Positions 1 to 11,538 of a stretch of DNA of 64,000 nucleotides are shown here, one piece after another. The stretch spans positions 60,388,001 to 60,452,000 of the forward strand of contig NC_043009.1 in NCBI RefSeq assembly GCF_006345805.1. The letters run 5' to 3'. The position numbers and the translations under genes were made by a program. The first letter of the stretch is position 1, and each line of letters opens with the position of its first letter. The stretch is from Octopus sinensis. Its lineage: Eukaryota. The notes beneath the pieces were generated by a model. That model searched no databases and was not told where the DNA came from. It saw only the letters and a list, made by a program, of their open reading frames with translations.

Positions 1-17
1 ATTCTTTTAGTAGATAT

Positions 18-57
<40 letters not shown>

Positions 58-233
58 ATAAATATTAGGGAATAAATCCAAATTTACAGGGAAAAAAATC
101 AGATTTAGGATTAAATCCAATTTTATAGTAAAATATTATATAATATTAATTAGAGACAAAACCACTATTTTGCAAAACAAACAAGGAAAGACTTAATCAA
201 TACATAAAATTTTAATAAAAAGTAAAAAAACCG

Positions 234-276
234 CCACTACAATTGTTTCATGTCCTGATCGACAATCTTCAGGTGG
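234..276 (-). ncRNA. Minimal type-I hammerhead ribozyme motif (mirror copy)
   Basis: Minus strand reads ccac CTGAAGA t tgtc gatcag gaca t GAAA caattg TA gtgg. Confidence 0.75.
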
Positions 277-330
277 ATTTCCAATTTTCAAGTCAGTTTC
301 AAATTTGAAACTGACTTGAAAATTGGAAAT

Positions 331-373
331 CCACCTGAAGATTGTCGATCAGGACATGAAACAATTGTAGTGG
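331..373 (+). ncRNA. Minimal type-I hammerhead ribozyme motif (C3:G8 core)
   Basis: ccac/gtgg helix I, CTGAAGA core, tgtc/gaca helix II, GAAA, palindromic CAATTG helix III, GUA cleavage triplet. Confidence 0.8.
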
Positions 374-554
374 CGGTTTTTTTACTTTTTATTAAAATTT
401 TATGTATTGATTAAGTCTTTCCTTGTTTGTTTTGCAAAATAGTGGTTTTGTCTCTAATTAATATTATATATATATATATAGGTACATAAATTCAGGGTGA
501 ATACTTGATAAATGTAGGCACCTGTATATGCCAGCTAGTGGCATAGGTGATAGG

Positions 555-824
555 ATTTATGTATCAAATGAAGTAAATGAAAAACAGGACGCAAAGGATT
601 TTGCGGTACATATGTTTCAGGCTTTATTGAACAACTTATTCTTATATCAATGCATATTGATATAATAGATAGATCAAAAGCCTTCTTCAGCCGCATACAA
701 TTGCTACACCAAAGACTTGTATCACATTATAAAAGGTTTGAACTTTAGAATAAGTTGTTCAATAAAGCCCGAAACATATGTACTGCAAAACCCTTTGCGT
801 CCTGTTTTTCATTTACTTCATTTG

Positions 825-832
<8 letters not shown>
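555..832. repeat. Inverted repeat with spacer; Penelope-like terminal-repeat remnant (family 2)
   Basis: About 555-652 is the reverse complement of about 746-832; contains a hammerhead motif. Confidence 0.7.
603..694 (-). ncRNA. Hammerhead motif with extended helix II
   Basis: Minus strand: gcgg CTGAAGA aggct ... agcct GAAA catatg TA ccgc. Confidence 0.7.
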
Positions 833-878
<46 letters not shown>

Positions 879-904
879 TATATATACTAGTATTATAACC
901 TGAT

Positions 905-1268
905 CTCATTCAGGTCTAATTGAGCCACATTTTAAAAGATAGGAATTTTGCCCTTGAGGCCATGCCTTTCAATTGAGCAAACTCAAAGTTGCCATGCAAA
1001 CTCACCAGCTCTTTAACATAGGTGTGCAAATTTCAGCTCAATCCAACTGTATTTACTAACACTTTTGCCTGCACAACTGCTTGTGTGACAATTCAGGTCT
1101 ACTTGGGCCACATTTTAAAGATCTTGCCCTAGGAGCCATGCCTTTCAATTGAGCAAACTCAAAGTTGCCACGCAAACTCGCCAGCACTTTTAACATAGGT
1201 GTGCAAATTTTCAGGTCAATCTGCAATCCGACCACATTTACTGACACTTTTGCCTGCACAACTGCTTG
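905..1268. repeat. Two-unit tandem repeat of about 180 bp (also 3866-4230)
   Basis: attcaggtct...gccacatttt...gccatgcctttcaattgagcaaactcaaagttgcc...ttttgcctgcacaactgcttg occurs twice in tandem. Confidence 0.8.
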
Positions 1269-1269
1269 G

Positions 1270-1473
1270 AGGGAGAAGCACAGACACACAAATACATACA
1301 TACATACATACATGCATGTATGAGGGGCATCTTTCAGTTTTTATCTACCAAATCCATGCACAAGTCTTTGGTCACCCAAGGCTATACTACAAGCCATTTG
1401 CCTATGGTGCTACACTGTGAGACTCACCAACCAAACCATGTGGTTGAAAGCAAGCTTCTTGCTACACAGCCAC
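1270..1473 (-). mobile_element. tRNA-derived SINE family A, degenerate 5' part (duplicate at about 4232-4434)
   Basis: Reverse-complement similarity to the full copies at 14376 and 20010. Confidence 0.7.
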
Positions 1474-1505
1474 ATATACATGTGCATATATACGTACATG
1501 CATTT

Positions 1506-1887
1506 GGAGGCGCAATGGCCCAGTAATTAGGGCAGCGGATTCGCGGTCATAGGATCATGGTTTCGATTCCCTGACCAGCGCGTTGTGAGTGTTTATTGAG
1601 CGAAAACACCTAAAAAAGCTCCACGAGGCTCCGGCAGGGGGTGGTGGCGATCCCTACTGTACTCTATTACCACAACTTTCACTCACTCTTTCTTCCCATG
1701 TCTGTTGTACCTGTATTTCAAAGGGCCAGCCTTGTCGCACTCTGTGTCACCCTGAATCTCCCCAAGAACTACGTTAAGGGTACACGTGTCTGTGGAGTGC
1801 TCAGCCACTTGCACGTTAATTTCACAAGCAGGCTGTTCTGTTGATCAGATCAACTGGAACCCTCGTCATCGTAAGCGACAGAGTGCC
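1506..1887 (+). mobile_element. tRNA-derived SINE family B (duplicate at 4468-4848)
   Basis: tRNA-like head with A box (TGGCCCAGTAA) and B box (GTTTCGATTCC); homologous to 25534-25917 and 39468-39852. Confidence 0.85.
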
Positions 1888-2121
1888 AACACATACATGT
1901 ATACTATATATACACACACATACATAATGGTGTTTACATAGTGTGCAAGCCCGCTGGGAAAATTTTTATCAAAATCAATTCGCAGAAAACCAAGAAATCC
2001 TAAATTTCACTCCTAAGCTATTAGCATGGTTTTGGGTGTATATTATCAGATATTATTTATTTAGCAAACTATTGTATGCATACATAAACTCATACACATC
2101 TGTACACATATTTATATATAT

Positions 2122-2512
2122 ACTAGCAGTATCACCTAGCGTTGCTCAGGTTTGTTTCAACCCTTTAGAATTGGAATTTTTGAAAAGCAAAATTTTGCAT
2201 TATGTAGCTTGTTATTCTCTTTAAGTGAACAATTTTCTGGTTGAAATACACCGAAAAATGGCGACACAGCAGTCAAAAAATCGTAAAAATAGGGATTTTC
2301 ATAGTAAAAAAAAAGCACCTTTGATGTAAATAATTTTTGGTCTTAACATGGTCCGATTTGAATTTTATCTTCTACAGAATGAAGAGCAAGCCTTCTTCTA
2401 TCATACTCTCAGTTTTGGTCAACTTGCACAGCAGGGTCTCGGAGGAGATAGTATTAGTTGAAAGCTACCAAACCTGCCACACACAGACAACTTCAGCTTT
2501 ATATATATAGAT
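2122..2512 (+). mobile_element. Non-autonomous Helitron-like (Lep1/HINE-like) element (duplicate at 5084-5476)
   Basis: Starts ACTAGCAGTATC..CGTTGCTC.GG, ends ACAGACAACTTCAGCTTTATATATATAGAT; at least seven copies in the window; no TSD. The rolling-circle class is inferred from the terminal architecture. Confidence 0.65.
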
Positions 2513-2596
2513 TTACACACACACACACACACACACTTTATATATTTTATATATGCTTTCATTCCTTACATTTTTTGTTTTGTTTTGGTTTTACAG

Positions 2597-2623
2597 ATGC
2601 TGTTGAAAACGATCCTCCAAATG
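2597..2623 (+). CDS. Micro-exon (27 nt, phase 1-1) of an unidentified host gene; (D)AVENDPPN
   Basis: T-rich tract plus TACAG acceptor, GTATGA donor; homologous flanking introns at 10108; frame is open across the exon chain. Confidence 0.6.
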
Positions 2624-2844
2624 GTATGATTTTTTTTTTTTTTTTACTATTATAACCGTTTCTAATGTTCTCTTTGTTGTTGGTTGTCTGTGAGTCAGCC
2701 TGTATCGAGTAGAGTCATGGTCGAAGACACTGAAACCTTTGCATATTGTATTTTCAGATATTATTTTGGAATCTAATGCTTTATCTCTCATTTTCTTTTA
2801 GATAGTGGTATTATTATAGGGATATTTAGTTACTATTTCTAGCA

Positions 2845-3175
2845 TGGCTCAGTGGTTAGAGTGTCGAGCTTATGATCATGAGGTTGTGAGTTCGAATCCC
2901 GGACCGTGCTGCATGCTGTGTTCTTGAACAAGACACTTTATTTCACGTTGCTCAGTTCATTCAGCTGTAGAAATGAATTGCGATGTCACAGGTGCCAAGT
3001 TGTATCGACCCCTTTGCCTTTCCCCTGGATAACATCAGTGGTGTGGATAGGGGAGACTGGTATGCATGGGTGACTGCTGGTCTTCCATGAAAACAACCTT
3101 GCCCGGACTTGTGCCTGGGAGGGTAACTTTCTAGGTGCAATCCCATGGTCAGTCATGACCAAAGGGGGTCTCAGC
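2845..3175 (+). mobile_element. tRNA-derived SINE family C (duplicate at 5812-6143)
   Basis: A box TGGCTCAGTGG, B box GTTCGAATCC; 10-bp TSD ATTTCTAGCA (2835-2844 and 3176-3185); the empty site is seen in the paralogous intron near 10340-10350. Confidence 0.9.
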
Positions 3176-3311
3176 ATTTCTAGCAAGTTGAATGACTGTG
3201 TAAAGGCTTCTTTAGTGACACATATCCAGAATTTATGTTATATTCTAGCTTCAGGTGGATTTCCAATTTTCAAGTCAGTTTCAAATTTGAACTGACTTGA
3301 AAATTGGAAAT

Positions 3312-3354
3312 CCACCTGAAGATTGTCGATCAGGACATGAAACAATTGTAGTGG
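3312..3354 (+). ncRNA. Hammerhead motif, duplicate of 331-373
   Basis: Identical core and helices within the tandem duplication. Confidence 0.75.
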
Positions 3355-3581
3355 CGGTTTTTTTACTTTTTATTAAATTTTATGTATTGATTAAGTCTTC
3401 CTTGTTTGTTTTGCAAAATAGTGGTTTTGTCTCTAATTAATATTATATATATATATATAGGTACATAAATTCAGGGTGAATACTTGATAAATGTAGGCAC
3501 CTGTATATGCCAGCTAGTGGCATAGGTGATAGGATATATGTATCAAATGAAGTAAATGAAAAACAGGACGCAAAGGATTTT

Positions 3582-3674
3582 GCGGTACATATGTTTCAGG
3601 CTTTATTGAACAACTTATTCTTATATCAATGCATAATTGATATAATAGATAGATCAAAAGCCTTCTTCAGCCGC
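3582..3674 (-). ncRNA. Hammerhead motif, duplicate of 603-694
   Basis: Same motif within the tandem duplication. Confidence 0.65.
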
Positions 3675-3804
3675 ATACAATTGCTACACCAAAGACTTGT
3701 ATCACATTATAAAAGGTTTGAACTTTAGAATAAGTTGTTCAATAAAGCCCGAAACATATGTACCGCAAAACCCTTTGCGTCCTGTTTTTCATTTACTTCA
3801 TTTG

Positions 3805-3848
<44 letters not shown>

Positions 3849-5564
3849 TAGTATTATAACCTGATCTCATTCAGGTCTAATTGAGCCACATTTTAAAAGA
3901 TAGGAATTTTGCCCTTGAGGCCATGCCTTTCAATTGAGCAAACTCAAAGTTGCCATGCAAACTCACTAGCTCTTTTAACATAGGTGTGCAAATTTCAGCT
4001 CAATCCAACTGTATTTACTAACACTTTTGCCTGCACAACTGCTTGTGTGACAATTCAGGTCTACTTGGGCCACATTTTAAAGATCTTGCCCTAGGAGCCA
4101 TGCCTTTCAATTGAGCAAACTCAAAGTTGCCACGCAAACTCGCCAGCACTTTTAACATAGGTGTGCAAATTTTCAGGTCAATCTGCAATCCGACCACATT
4201 TACTGACACTTTTGCCTGCACAACTGCTTGGAGGGAGAAGCACAGACACACAAATACATACATACATACATACATGCATGTATGAGGGGCATCTTTCAGT
4301 TTTTATCTACCAAATCCATGCACAAGTCTTTGGTCACCCAAGGCTATACTACAAGCCATTTGCCTATGGTGCTACACTGTGAGACTCAACCCAAAACCAT
4401 GTGGTTGGAAAGCAAGCTTCTTGCTACACAGCCACATATACATGTGCATATATACGTACATGCATTTGGAGGCGCAATGGCCCAGTAATTAGGGCAGCGG
4501 ATTCGCGGTCATAGGATCATGGTTTCGATTCCCTGACCAGGCGTTGTGAGTGTTTATTGAGCGAAAACACCTAAAAAAGCTCCACGAGGCTCCGGCAGGG
4601 GGTGGTGGCGATCCCTACTGTACTCTATTACCACAACTTTCACTCACTCTTTCTTCCCATGTCTGTTGTACCTGTATTTCAAAGGGCCAGCCTTGTCGCA
4701 CTCTGTGTCACCCTGAATCTCCCCAAGAACTACGTTAAGGGTACACGCGTCTGTGGAGTGCTCAGCCACTTGCACGTTAATTTCACAAGCAGGCTGTTCT
4801 GTTGATCAGATCAACTGGAACCCTCGTCATCGTAAGCGACAGAGTGCCAACACATACATGTATACATATATATACACACACATACATAATGGTGTTTACA
4901 TAGTGTGCAAGCCCGCTGGGAAAATTTTTATCAAAATCAATTCACAGAAAACCAAGAAATCCTAAATTTCACTCCTAAGCTATTAGCATGGTTTTGGGTG
5001 TATATTATCAGATATTATTTATTTAGCAAACTATTGTATGCATACATAAACTCATACACATCTGTACACATATTTATATATATACTAGCAGTATCACCTA
5101 GCGTTGCTCAGGTTTGTTTCAACCCTTTAGAATTGGAATTTTTGAAAAGCAAAAATTTTGCATTATGTAGCTTGTTATTCTCTTTAAGTGAACAATTTTC
5201 TGGTTGAAATACACCGAAAAATGGCGACACAGCAGTCAAAAAATCGTAAAAATAGGGATTTTCATAGTAAAAAAAAGCACCTTTTTGATGTAAATAATTT
5301 TTGGTCTTAACATGGTCCGATTTGAATTTTATCTTCTACAGAATGAAGAGCAAGCCTTCTTCTATCATACTCTCAGTTTTGGTCAACTTGCACAGCAGGG
5401 TCTCGGAGGAGATAGTATTAGTTGAAAGCTACCAAACCTGCCACACACAGACAACTTCAGCTTTATATATATAGATTTACACACACACACACACACACAC
5501 TTTAATATATTTTAATATATGCTTTCATTTCCTTACAATTTTTTGTTTTGTTTTGGTTTTACAG

Positions 5565-5591
5565 ATGCTGTTGAAAACGATCCTCCAAATG
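5565..5591 (+). CDS. Duplicate 27-nt micro-exon DAVENDPPN
   Basis: Identical to 2597-2623 with the same splice sites. Confidence 0.55.
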
Positions 5592-6760
5592 GTATGATTT
5601 TTTTTTTTTTTTACTATTATAACCGTTTCTAATGTTCTCTTTGTTGTTGGTTGTCTGTGAGTCAGCCTGTATCGAGTAGAGTCATGGTCGAAGACACTGA
5701 AACCTTTGCATATTGTATTTTCAGATATTATTTTGGAATCTAATGCTTTATCTCATTTTCTTTTAGATAGTGGTGTATTATTATAGGGATATTTAGTTAC
5801 TATTTCTAGCATGGCTCAGTGGTTAGAGTGTCGAGCTTATGATCATGAGGTTGTGAGTTCGAATCCCGGACCGTGCTGCATGCTGTGTTCTTGAACAAGA
5901 CACTTTATTTCACGTTGCTCCAGTTCATTCAGCTGTAGAAATGAATTGCGATGTCACAGGTGCCAAGTTGTATCGACCCCTTTGCCTTTCCCCTGGATAA
6001 CATCAGTGGTGTGGATAGGGGAGACTGGTATGCATGGGTGACTGCTGGTCTTCCATGAAAACAACCTTGCCCGGACTTGTGCCTGGGAGGGTAACTTTCT
6101 AGGTGCAATCCCATGGTCAGTCATGACCAAAGGGGGTCTCAGCATTTCTAGCAAGTTGAATGACTGTGTAAAGGCTTCTTTAGTGACACATATCCAGAAT
6201 TTATGTTATATTCTAATTTTTATTGCGATAGCAATGGTTTAAGGATTAAATTCTAGCTTTGTTTTATTAAATTTACCTGAACTTCAATATGGAAACTAAA
6301 TTTTAAAATTTATATAGACATATTTAATCATACATTGAATACCTTGGACTACAATATCTGATGTGTCTTCTTTCTTTTAAGTTGATAATTGAACAAATGA
6401 ACTGTTTTACTTCATGTTTATCTTGGAGGGAACAAGGCAGGCATTTTGTAGTTGACTGACCTGCTAAAAATAGCAGCGAAGTATGTTGGATATTATATTC
6501 AATTGCCTTAGGACAGGTCAGATATGTAGGTAGATGTTTTCAAAGATAAGACCTTTAATCACAGGTCTACTCAACCAGGGTCTATGTAGAATTAAACATT
6601 AACCATATTTACCAACTTCAAAGTTCAGGGATATTTAACTTCTCACTTCAAATATCATTTGAAATATATTTTCATTACTCTGAAATTCTGAAATTACTAT
6701 CTTTCTTTGCATATCTACCTTATTTCATTGAGATGTCTTATTTTCTTTTTTATTTATAAG

Positions 6761-6777
6761 TGCTCCACCTTCCCCTT
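6761..6777 (+). CDS. Candidate micro-exon (17 nt from the AAG acceptor, or 45 nt from a GAG acceptor at 6733)
   Basis: GTAAGT donor at 6778 is positionally homologous to the donor at 11539; the acceptor is ambiguous. Confidence 0.35.
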
Positions 6778-7147
6778 GTAAGTTAGAAAATTTACTCCTG
6801 AATAATATGTTACACATAGATTGTCACTATTTCTTATATTCAGCTTTACATGTGAGCCACAACCTTTCAAACACAGACCATATTATTTGGGTCTGGATCA
6901 CATCCTTCAGATGTGAACTGCACTCTTCCAATGTGGTGGGTCACAGTCTCTCAGATGTGGATTGTAGTCTTTAGATGTGGATCAGTCTTTCAATGTGAAC
7001 CACAGTCTTTATATTCCCTTTTCCCTCTGTTCTTTGTAATTTGTAATTTTTTTCTATTTCCAGTATTCACACAATTTTTTTTTAGCTTAATTTGCTTGTA
7101 TACATAACACTGGAACTTTTTATTTTCCTTCTGTCTTTATTCATTAA

Positions 7148-7368
7148 CCCTTTTGTTACCGTATTTCTGTTGAGATGCTCTGTGTTTCTTTCAATTACTT
7201 TAAATATATCAAAGAATTTAGTAAAATAACTTTGTTATCAATCAGCTAGTGTTAGGAACATAAATTGTGACTATGGTTTGGTGGAAGAGTTTAATTTAAA
7301 ACTTATGAAAACAAGACCTTTGTACTACAGAGCCAGAGCTGGTTTCAGCCGGGTTGGTAACGAAAGGG
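7148..7368. mobile_element. piggyBac-type MITE
   Basis: TTAA-CCCTTTTGTTACC ... GGTAACGAAAGGG-TTAA; family copies at 41295, 41547 and 57991. Confidence 0.8.
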
Positions 7369-8194
7369 TTAAGTGTTATTTCCTATTTGCTTCTATCTAA
7401 AAATCAAATGAAATGAACTACTTTTCCCTTCAAACTTTGTTTTTGTGAACTGAACTTCAATGCTTTGAAACTGACCTATTTTCCATTACATTTCTGACAG
7501 TTTCAGCACTGAGTTGCTGAAGCAGAAATATCATTATAGCAAATATTCTCTTCAATATCAATGACTTGTTTGTCAGTTGCTTGACTTTAACCACTTGAGC
7601 AAGTCCCTTAATGGCTGACAATATGTGCATCTCTGATCATGAGCAGGTTTAGTGAGGGAGCATCGCAGCCATTTGTTGGGAGGGATTCTTTGGGGTTTGA
7701 ATAAATATAACAGAAGTAAATGTGAAGTATATTTGCCATCTAAATGTGGCTAACCACTAAGGGTGGATGCTACTGTAGCTTATAGCCCCAGGAGAACATC
7801 TTCTCCGGCTGGCTATTGACACACTTTCTCTGCACTATCGGTATTTGCAAAGGGAAGCCATCCTTCCCATCGTCGACCTGACGTGATACGCATGAACCCG
7901 GGTTTCTGGGTATTTACCCGTCATCAGCACATGACAATCACTGGTCTTCGATGCGAAGGGGTCCCAATGCAAATACATATATCTGTTTTCCAGTGACTTC
8001 AAGATCAGTGACAAACAGAAGTAAAGTTTGACAGAAATATTAGCCATATTTCATAATTTTTAGGGGTAGACAAACAAGAAATAACAGTTGCTACCCAAGG
8101 GTAAAAATTGCCTTAAACATTGTAATGCATTCCCTTTTCCATGTGTTGTCATCAATTGCAAAGCTAATTAATTTTTTTGCTTTTATTTTTTTAG

Positions 8195-8209
8195 ATCGAA
8201 GCATTTTGT
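8195..8209 (+). CDS. Micro-exon (15 nt, phase 1-1); (D)RSIL
   Basis: Long T tract plus TTAG acceptor, GTAAGT donor; length is a multiple of 3. Confidence 0.55.
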
Positions 8210-10107
8210 GTAAGTTTCAATTTATTCCATTGAGTGTTTATGCCTGTTATGTGTTGAGACTGTGTATGTACATTGTGATTGTGTATGTATTTGTGTTGTC
8301 AGTATTATATAGTTGTTGTGTTTGTGTATTGTGACAATATGTATTTGTGTTGTTTGCTGTGAGTGTTTGTTAATATTTGTATATCTCGCATGAGTATATA
8401 TCCCTTATTACATGAATATGTATCCTCTTTGTCACTCTCACATAAACACACACACACACACACACATGCATGCATGCATTTATTCATGATCCTGCAACCA
8501 TGCAACAGGTTATACTGGATTTCATGTTACCAGTAGCACTCTTGAAAGACCTCACAAGTGGTGAGAATGGGTATTAAAAATATCCTTATCTGCTGATAAT
8601 TTTGTAATTCTCCTAGAAAAACTTTTAACTACTGCTTTTAACACATTATTGGGGTGATTTGATAATTTGCTCACGTATCTTGTAACTTCACCTGGTTTCC
8701 TATAAGGGTGGTATAATCCTGAGCTAATGTCTAAAGTAGTATCTAAAAAATTTACTACCTTTGTGCCATATTCATATGTAATGCCTAAGTTGAAGCTTTT
8801 AAAAAATTTTCAAATTCTTTTTCTCATTCTTTCCATGACTGATTTGTTGTTGCTAGTGATTAAGCTATTTATTCCTTTTATGGTGTTCTACCCTACCTGA
8901 TCATATTATTTTTATAATAGCCTTTATGAAATTTAACCTAATTTTTGTACCCCTAAATATTTATATTAGTTATATATAACAGCACCAGTAGCTTTACAAC
9001 TTATAATATACCTCTTAGATTATAATTAATATATAGTTAGCGTGTTCTATTGCCCCAGTGTTTCTTTATTAAATGCCAGTGATCAATCTTCATAGATACC
9101 ATCTAATAAGTAAATATTTAAGTATATGAATAAATATTAAGCTAATTTTATGTAATTTCTTTTCTCCCCTATTGTTGTAAATTTTGGTATATACTCAAAA
9201 GTATTCAAAAATTAATCCTTTTGGTTGTAATTTTCTTAATATTTTTCTTGATAACCCTAACTTCTATCTTTATAGAATATAACAATATTGTTTAAATCAT
9301 TCAACTATAGTACCCATGATAAAATTTCCCCTATATTATCATCATTGGTTTTATTAGAGTCTTGCCCCTTTAACTGGTAACTAACATCTTGATTTAAGAT
9401 CTTCCTTTACCAAACCTCATTATAGACAGTTACTTTATACTACTTGACAAGTTTTATGACTATACCCACTATGATTCTGTCAACTCACTCAGGCCCTTTC
9501 CTACTGGACAATGCTCTTTGATCTTAGATTTTGATATGGAAAGATTTGATAAACAAGACTATAAATTGAAACTGACCCAAAAATCAGTGACAAGCTAGAT
9601 CTCTAGCAAGTTTTTTTCCTGATGTCTTAGTGGCTTCTAAATTGAAGTGAATACAGCATGGACTTTGTCTTCTTACCATCTTAGAGGATGTAGGTAAAAT
9701 TGTACAAATGTGTCCAACTGATTAAATTAATTCTATTTATTTGTGCAGCTGAGGATAGCTCTGCATTTAAATTGATGTAATGATTGCATTGTTCAATGAA
9801 ATGGAGCCGCTTGAAACAATTGTCCTGCATCACCCCTGGATATCCTGTGGCTTATTTTGATTTTATTCACCTTATTTTGAAACATATATGTATATATTTA
9901 TGATATGTACACATACATAGATTCATATACATTCATACATGTGTATACATACATTTACATGCACACTGACACTTTCATATGCTGCTGCACATACCAAAAT
10001 CCATATATGGACATACATGTATTCATTCTTATCTCTCGTCCCTTCATTAGAACTGATTACACAATTATATTTTCATTTTCTCACGATTTTTTTTTTTCTT
10101 TTTGCAG

Positions 10108-10134
10108 ATGCAGATGAACACGAACATTTACCTC
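10108..10134 (+). CDS. Micro-exon (27 nt, phase 1-1); (Y)ADEHEHLP
   Basis: T tract plus TGCAG acceptor, GTATGA donor; paralogous to the 2597/5565 exon. Confidence 0.6.
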
Positions 10135-10944
10135 GTATGAATTTATTTTATTATTATTATTATCCCTTTCTAATTTTCTCTTTGTTGTTGTTTTGTTGCA
10201 GGTCTGCCCTAATCAAATAGATTTATGGTTAAAAGCATGCCATCCATATTATATTATCAGACTGTTTATTTAGGAAACATGTCTGTCATTGCTTCTTTTT
10301 TTAGATGGTGGTGTATTATTATAGAGAGATTTGATTACTATTTCTAGCAAGTTGGGTGACTGTGTAAAGCTTCTTTAGTGACACTTCAGCTTTTATTGTG
10401 AATAGTAATGATTTAAGGATTAAATTTTGGCTTTCTTTCATTAAATTTACCTGAACTTCAGTATGAAAGCTAGATTTTTAAATTTATATAGACACATTTA
10501 ATCATCTTAGACATTGGATACCTTGGACTACAATGTTCAATGTGTTTTCTCTTTTAAGATGGTGGGACAGGATTAAGCTGGTCTACAATTTCCATGACAA
10601 CCCAACAAGTTTTCAAATATGTTCGTTTTCACTTAGTCTGAAGGAATTGACTGTTTTTTTACTTCATGTTTATCTAGGAAGGAACAAAGCAGGCGTTTTG
10701 TGGTTGACTGACCCGCTAAATGTAGCAGCAAAATTCGTTGCACATTACATTCAATTGTCTTAGCAAAAAGGACAGAATGGATAATGTAGACCAGGAGTTT
10801 ACTAAGAGAAAGCACTTGATCGTAGGTCTACTCAACCAATTAAACATATTTATCTACTTCATATTTATCTTCCTCTTGCATATCATTTCTAAAACATATT
10901 TTCATTACTCCTCTGAATATTCTGGAATTACTATTTTAATTTGT

Positions 10945-11459
10945 ACTAGCAGTATCGCCCGGCGTTGCTCGGGTTTGTAAGGGAAATAACTATATAAGCA
11001 TTTTTAGAGAGTTACTTCCCTTATAGATGCCAATTCGGGCTTTCTTAGCCATTTCTGTTTTGGTGTCTTCAACCCATGAAGTCGTTGTTCTAAAAGAACG
11101 CTGGTCTCCTTGACAACGCTTTACGACGTTGATTTCCTTACACTCCCTTCCCCACAGCTTCACGAGGGAGGGAAGAAGGGGGAGAAGCAAACAGGTGGAG
11201 GTGTTTGACCATGGACACCAACTCCGCCACCATCGACACACGAAAAATTATGCATTAAAATGGAATAAAAAATGATGTTAAATTATTTTTAAAATCGTAG
11301 ACTCATCGTAGATGCGCGCTAATACTCAGACGGGCTCGATATGAATCACGCCTATAAGATACCCGAATTTGGTTAAACTGCACCGCAAAATGTGGGAGTA
11401 GTTAGGAATCTAAATCGAAGGGGACAGACTCACACAACTACAGTTTTATATATATAGAT
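10945..11459 (+). mobile_element. Helitron-like non-autonomous element, second subfamily
   Basis: Same ACTAGCAGTATCGCCCGGCGTTGCTCGGG start and TATATATAGAT end, different interior; absent from the paralogous intron near 6710. Confidence 0.65.
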
Positions 11460-11511
11460 TTGTATTTTATTTTATTAAGGTAATATATTTAATTTCTTTC
11501 TTTATTTTCAG

Positions 11512-11538
11512 TTTCATCACTATCTGCAGATTCCTATC
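11512..11538 (+). CDS. Micro-exon (27 nt, phase 1-1); (L)SSLSADSY
   Basis: TTTCTTTATTTTCAG acceptor, GTAAGT donor. Confidence 0.6.

Larger units (their letters stand above)
137..470. repeat. Perfect 334-bp spacerless palindrome; inverted terminal-repeat remnant of a Penelope-like element (family 1)
   Basis: Arms are reverse complements about the centre AAA|TTT at 303/304; each arm carries a hammerhead motif. The same family recurs at 3249-3455 and 50640-50930. Confidence 0.85.
268..6215. repeat. Tandem duplication of about 2.97 kb (copy 1 268-3247, copy 2 3249-6215)
   Basis: Colinear, near-identical copies; identical ORF translations offset by about 2962 bp; differences are a few substitutions and small indels. 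Confidence 0.95.

Noticed and set aside
2845-2915. tRNA gene
   Set aside because: A and B boxes are present but run into a SINE body with a TSD; there is no complete cloverleaf or T-run terminator. The same applies to the other SINE heads.
9749-9776. Additional micro-exon (SEDSSAFKL)
   Set aside because: The acceptor is good but the donor GTAATG is weak and 28 nt would break the frame; not included in the exon chain.
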